From contig JAQGDQ010000090.1 in NCBI GenBank assembly GCA_030141605.1, positions 248,001-312,000 on the forward strand: a stretch of 64,000 nucleotides of DNA, read 5' to 3'. This document shows, in pieces, positions 62,538-64,000 of this stretch. The notes under the pieces are model-generated. The model saw nothing but the letters and a program-made list of their open reading frames with translations. It ran no database searches and had not been told where the DNA came from. The translations under genes were made by a program, and so were the position numbers. This stretch comes from Tubiluchus corallicola. Taxonomy: Eukaryota; Animalia; Priapulida. Positions within the stretch are counted from its first letter, which is position 1. Each line of letters begins with the position of its first letter.

Positions 62538-62693
62538 GTTGATAATAAGTGTCTTCCTAATATATTGCTAACGGCATTCACTCTTGCAAGAAAAACTGAC
62601 AAAAACAAAATATATGGTCGAAAGGTAAAAATCTAAATAGATGATATATTGATTCATCTTTTGAAATTTGCTAAAAAGAAATAGGCGCATGAT

Positions 62694-63089
62694 CAGGGCC
62701 ACCGGGATTACGAGCTTTTCGGGCCACCAGGTTAATAAAATTATGGACTTCCTCAGAAGTAACCACCCTCTAATTTGCTCGCACCCGTCTCGAATATTTG
62801 TATTTGCGACATATTTTAGTAATATTTGCATAGCTGGGGCCCCTATATTTCATATAAAGGGCTTCAAAAGGGGGGTCTTATGTCAAATAAAGGGCCTTAA
62901 GGGCTCCTCGTCTCAAACAAAAGGCCTCAAACAGAGATTCTTAATCTCAAAAGAGGAGCCACTTTAAAATTGGATTTTCAGACTTCCAGGCCTCCTTTCT
63001 TGAAGTGACCAATGCAAAGTATGCCCCCTCACAAGCCCGAGGAACCCCAGGCTGCAGCCTATACTAGCTTATAAGGTAATCCGTCCCTG
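62694..63089. mobile_element. degenerate hAT-like MITE
   Basis: Imperfect TIRs CAGGGCCACCGGGATTAC / GTAATCCGTCCCTG; TSD poorly preserved. Confidence 0.5.
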
Positions 63090-64000
63090 CGTAGAATCAT
63101 CGTTGTGCAAGCATGGCTAAAAAGTGAAGAACAGCAAAAGTTAAAAACTTCCATAAACAAACTTCTAAAATCTTGAATTCTTTATGTTGGTAAACATATC
63201 TTAACTCCTAGCAATAAGCCTATGCAACAATTAACAATAATCCATTTTAATATCATTAAACGATACATAAACGAAGCCTTATATGCACACAATATATATG
63301 TGCGCATAATTTGCCTTTTTTTTGTTAAATGTTCATAAATTATTGAAGTTTCGAAAATGTTCAAGAAATGAGATGCAAAATGAGTTACTAAAAAGAATAC
63401 TTTGCATCACAATGAAAACCCAAGTTACTCAAAATGAGTGTGTTGGGAATCACACTACATACCTAAGTTAGTGATACTGTAAACCCTTGTTGCTCAAATC
63501 TTGTATCCAAGAAATGTGTGTCATGATACTAATTCAGTGTTCTGAGTTTGGGTTACGCAGTTTTTAGTTTGAACAATTCGCCCACTGAGATTTACAATCG
63601 GCATCAAAGTAGTCAAAATGAGCAAACTTATTTAAGAGCAAGACTTCGATTTCGAAACTTCAAAAGTCCAAGTTGCACTCAGATCAAGTACGGCAAATGT
63701 AGATCTACTCATTGTCCGCAGCACACTAATTTACATGTTATATACATTGATTATTAACTTGCGTAAAAATTACATAATCATATTGTGTAGTATATGTATA
63801 ACTGTTTAAGTAAGTATATTACTCAAAGCAAAGCTTTATTGGAAAATTACATTACAAAGTTTGCAAATATCTTTTCAAAAAATTAGTCTAGATTTTACCT
63901 TTTTAGATATCCTTAGGCCTTGTCTTTTCCACAACTGGAGATGCTCTTCAGATTTTTGCCTCTAATTTCGCGAGTACGTAGTTCTTTCTCTGCATGACAG

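Overview
AT-rich, intron-rich animal (invertebrate-type) genomic DNA holding two head-to-tail Dscam-family genes on the + strand. (A) The 3' part of one paralog (Ig10-FN5-FN6-TM-cytoplasmic tail, 9 exons, 1046-7458, ending ...YTDEFTEV*). (B) A complete second paralog (32 coding exons that I chained by hand with consistent splice phases, 11763-60614, about 1788 aa): signal peptide-9 Ig-4 FNIII-Ig-2 FNIII-TM-tail ending ...YTDCFIVV*. I saw no arrays of mutually exclusive Ig2/Ig3/Ig7 exons, so Dscam diversity here appears to come from whole-gene tandem duplication. Paralog B has an in-frame 48-nt duplication in Ig5 and a candidate alternative last exon. Its first intron holds two tRNA-Asp(GTC) copies (one intact, one with a broken T-arm) produced by a 458-bp copy inserted between 28-bp direct repeats. 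Introns also contain LINE relics, nested hAT-type elements with TSDs, tRNA/5S-like SINE fragments, Helentron-like elements and many microsatellites. A probable type II membrane-protein exon with an in-frame TAG lies near the right end. Exon boundaries were read by eye from GT/AG sites and frame continuity; no database searches were run and the species cannot be named from the sequence.
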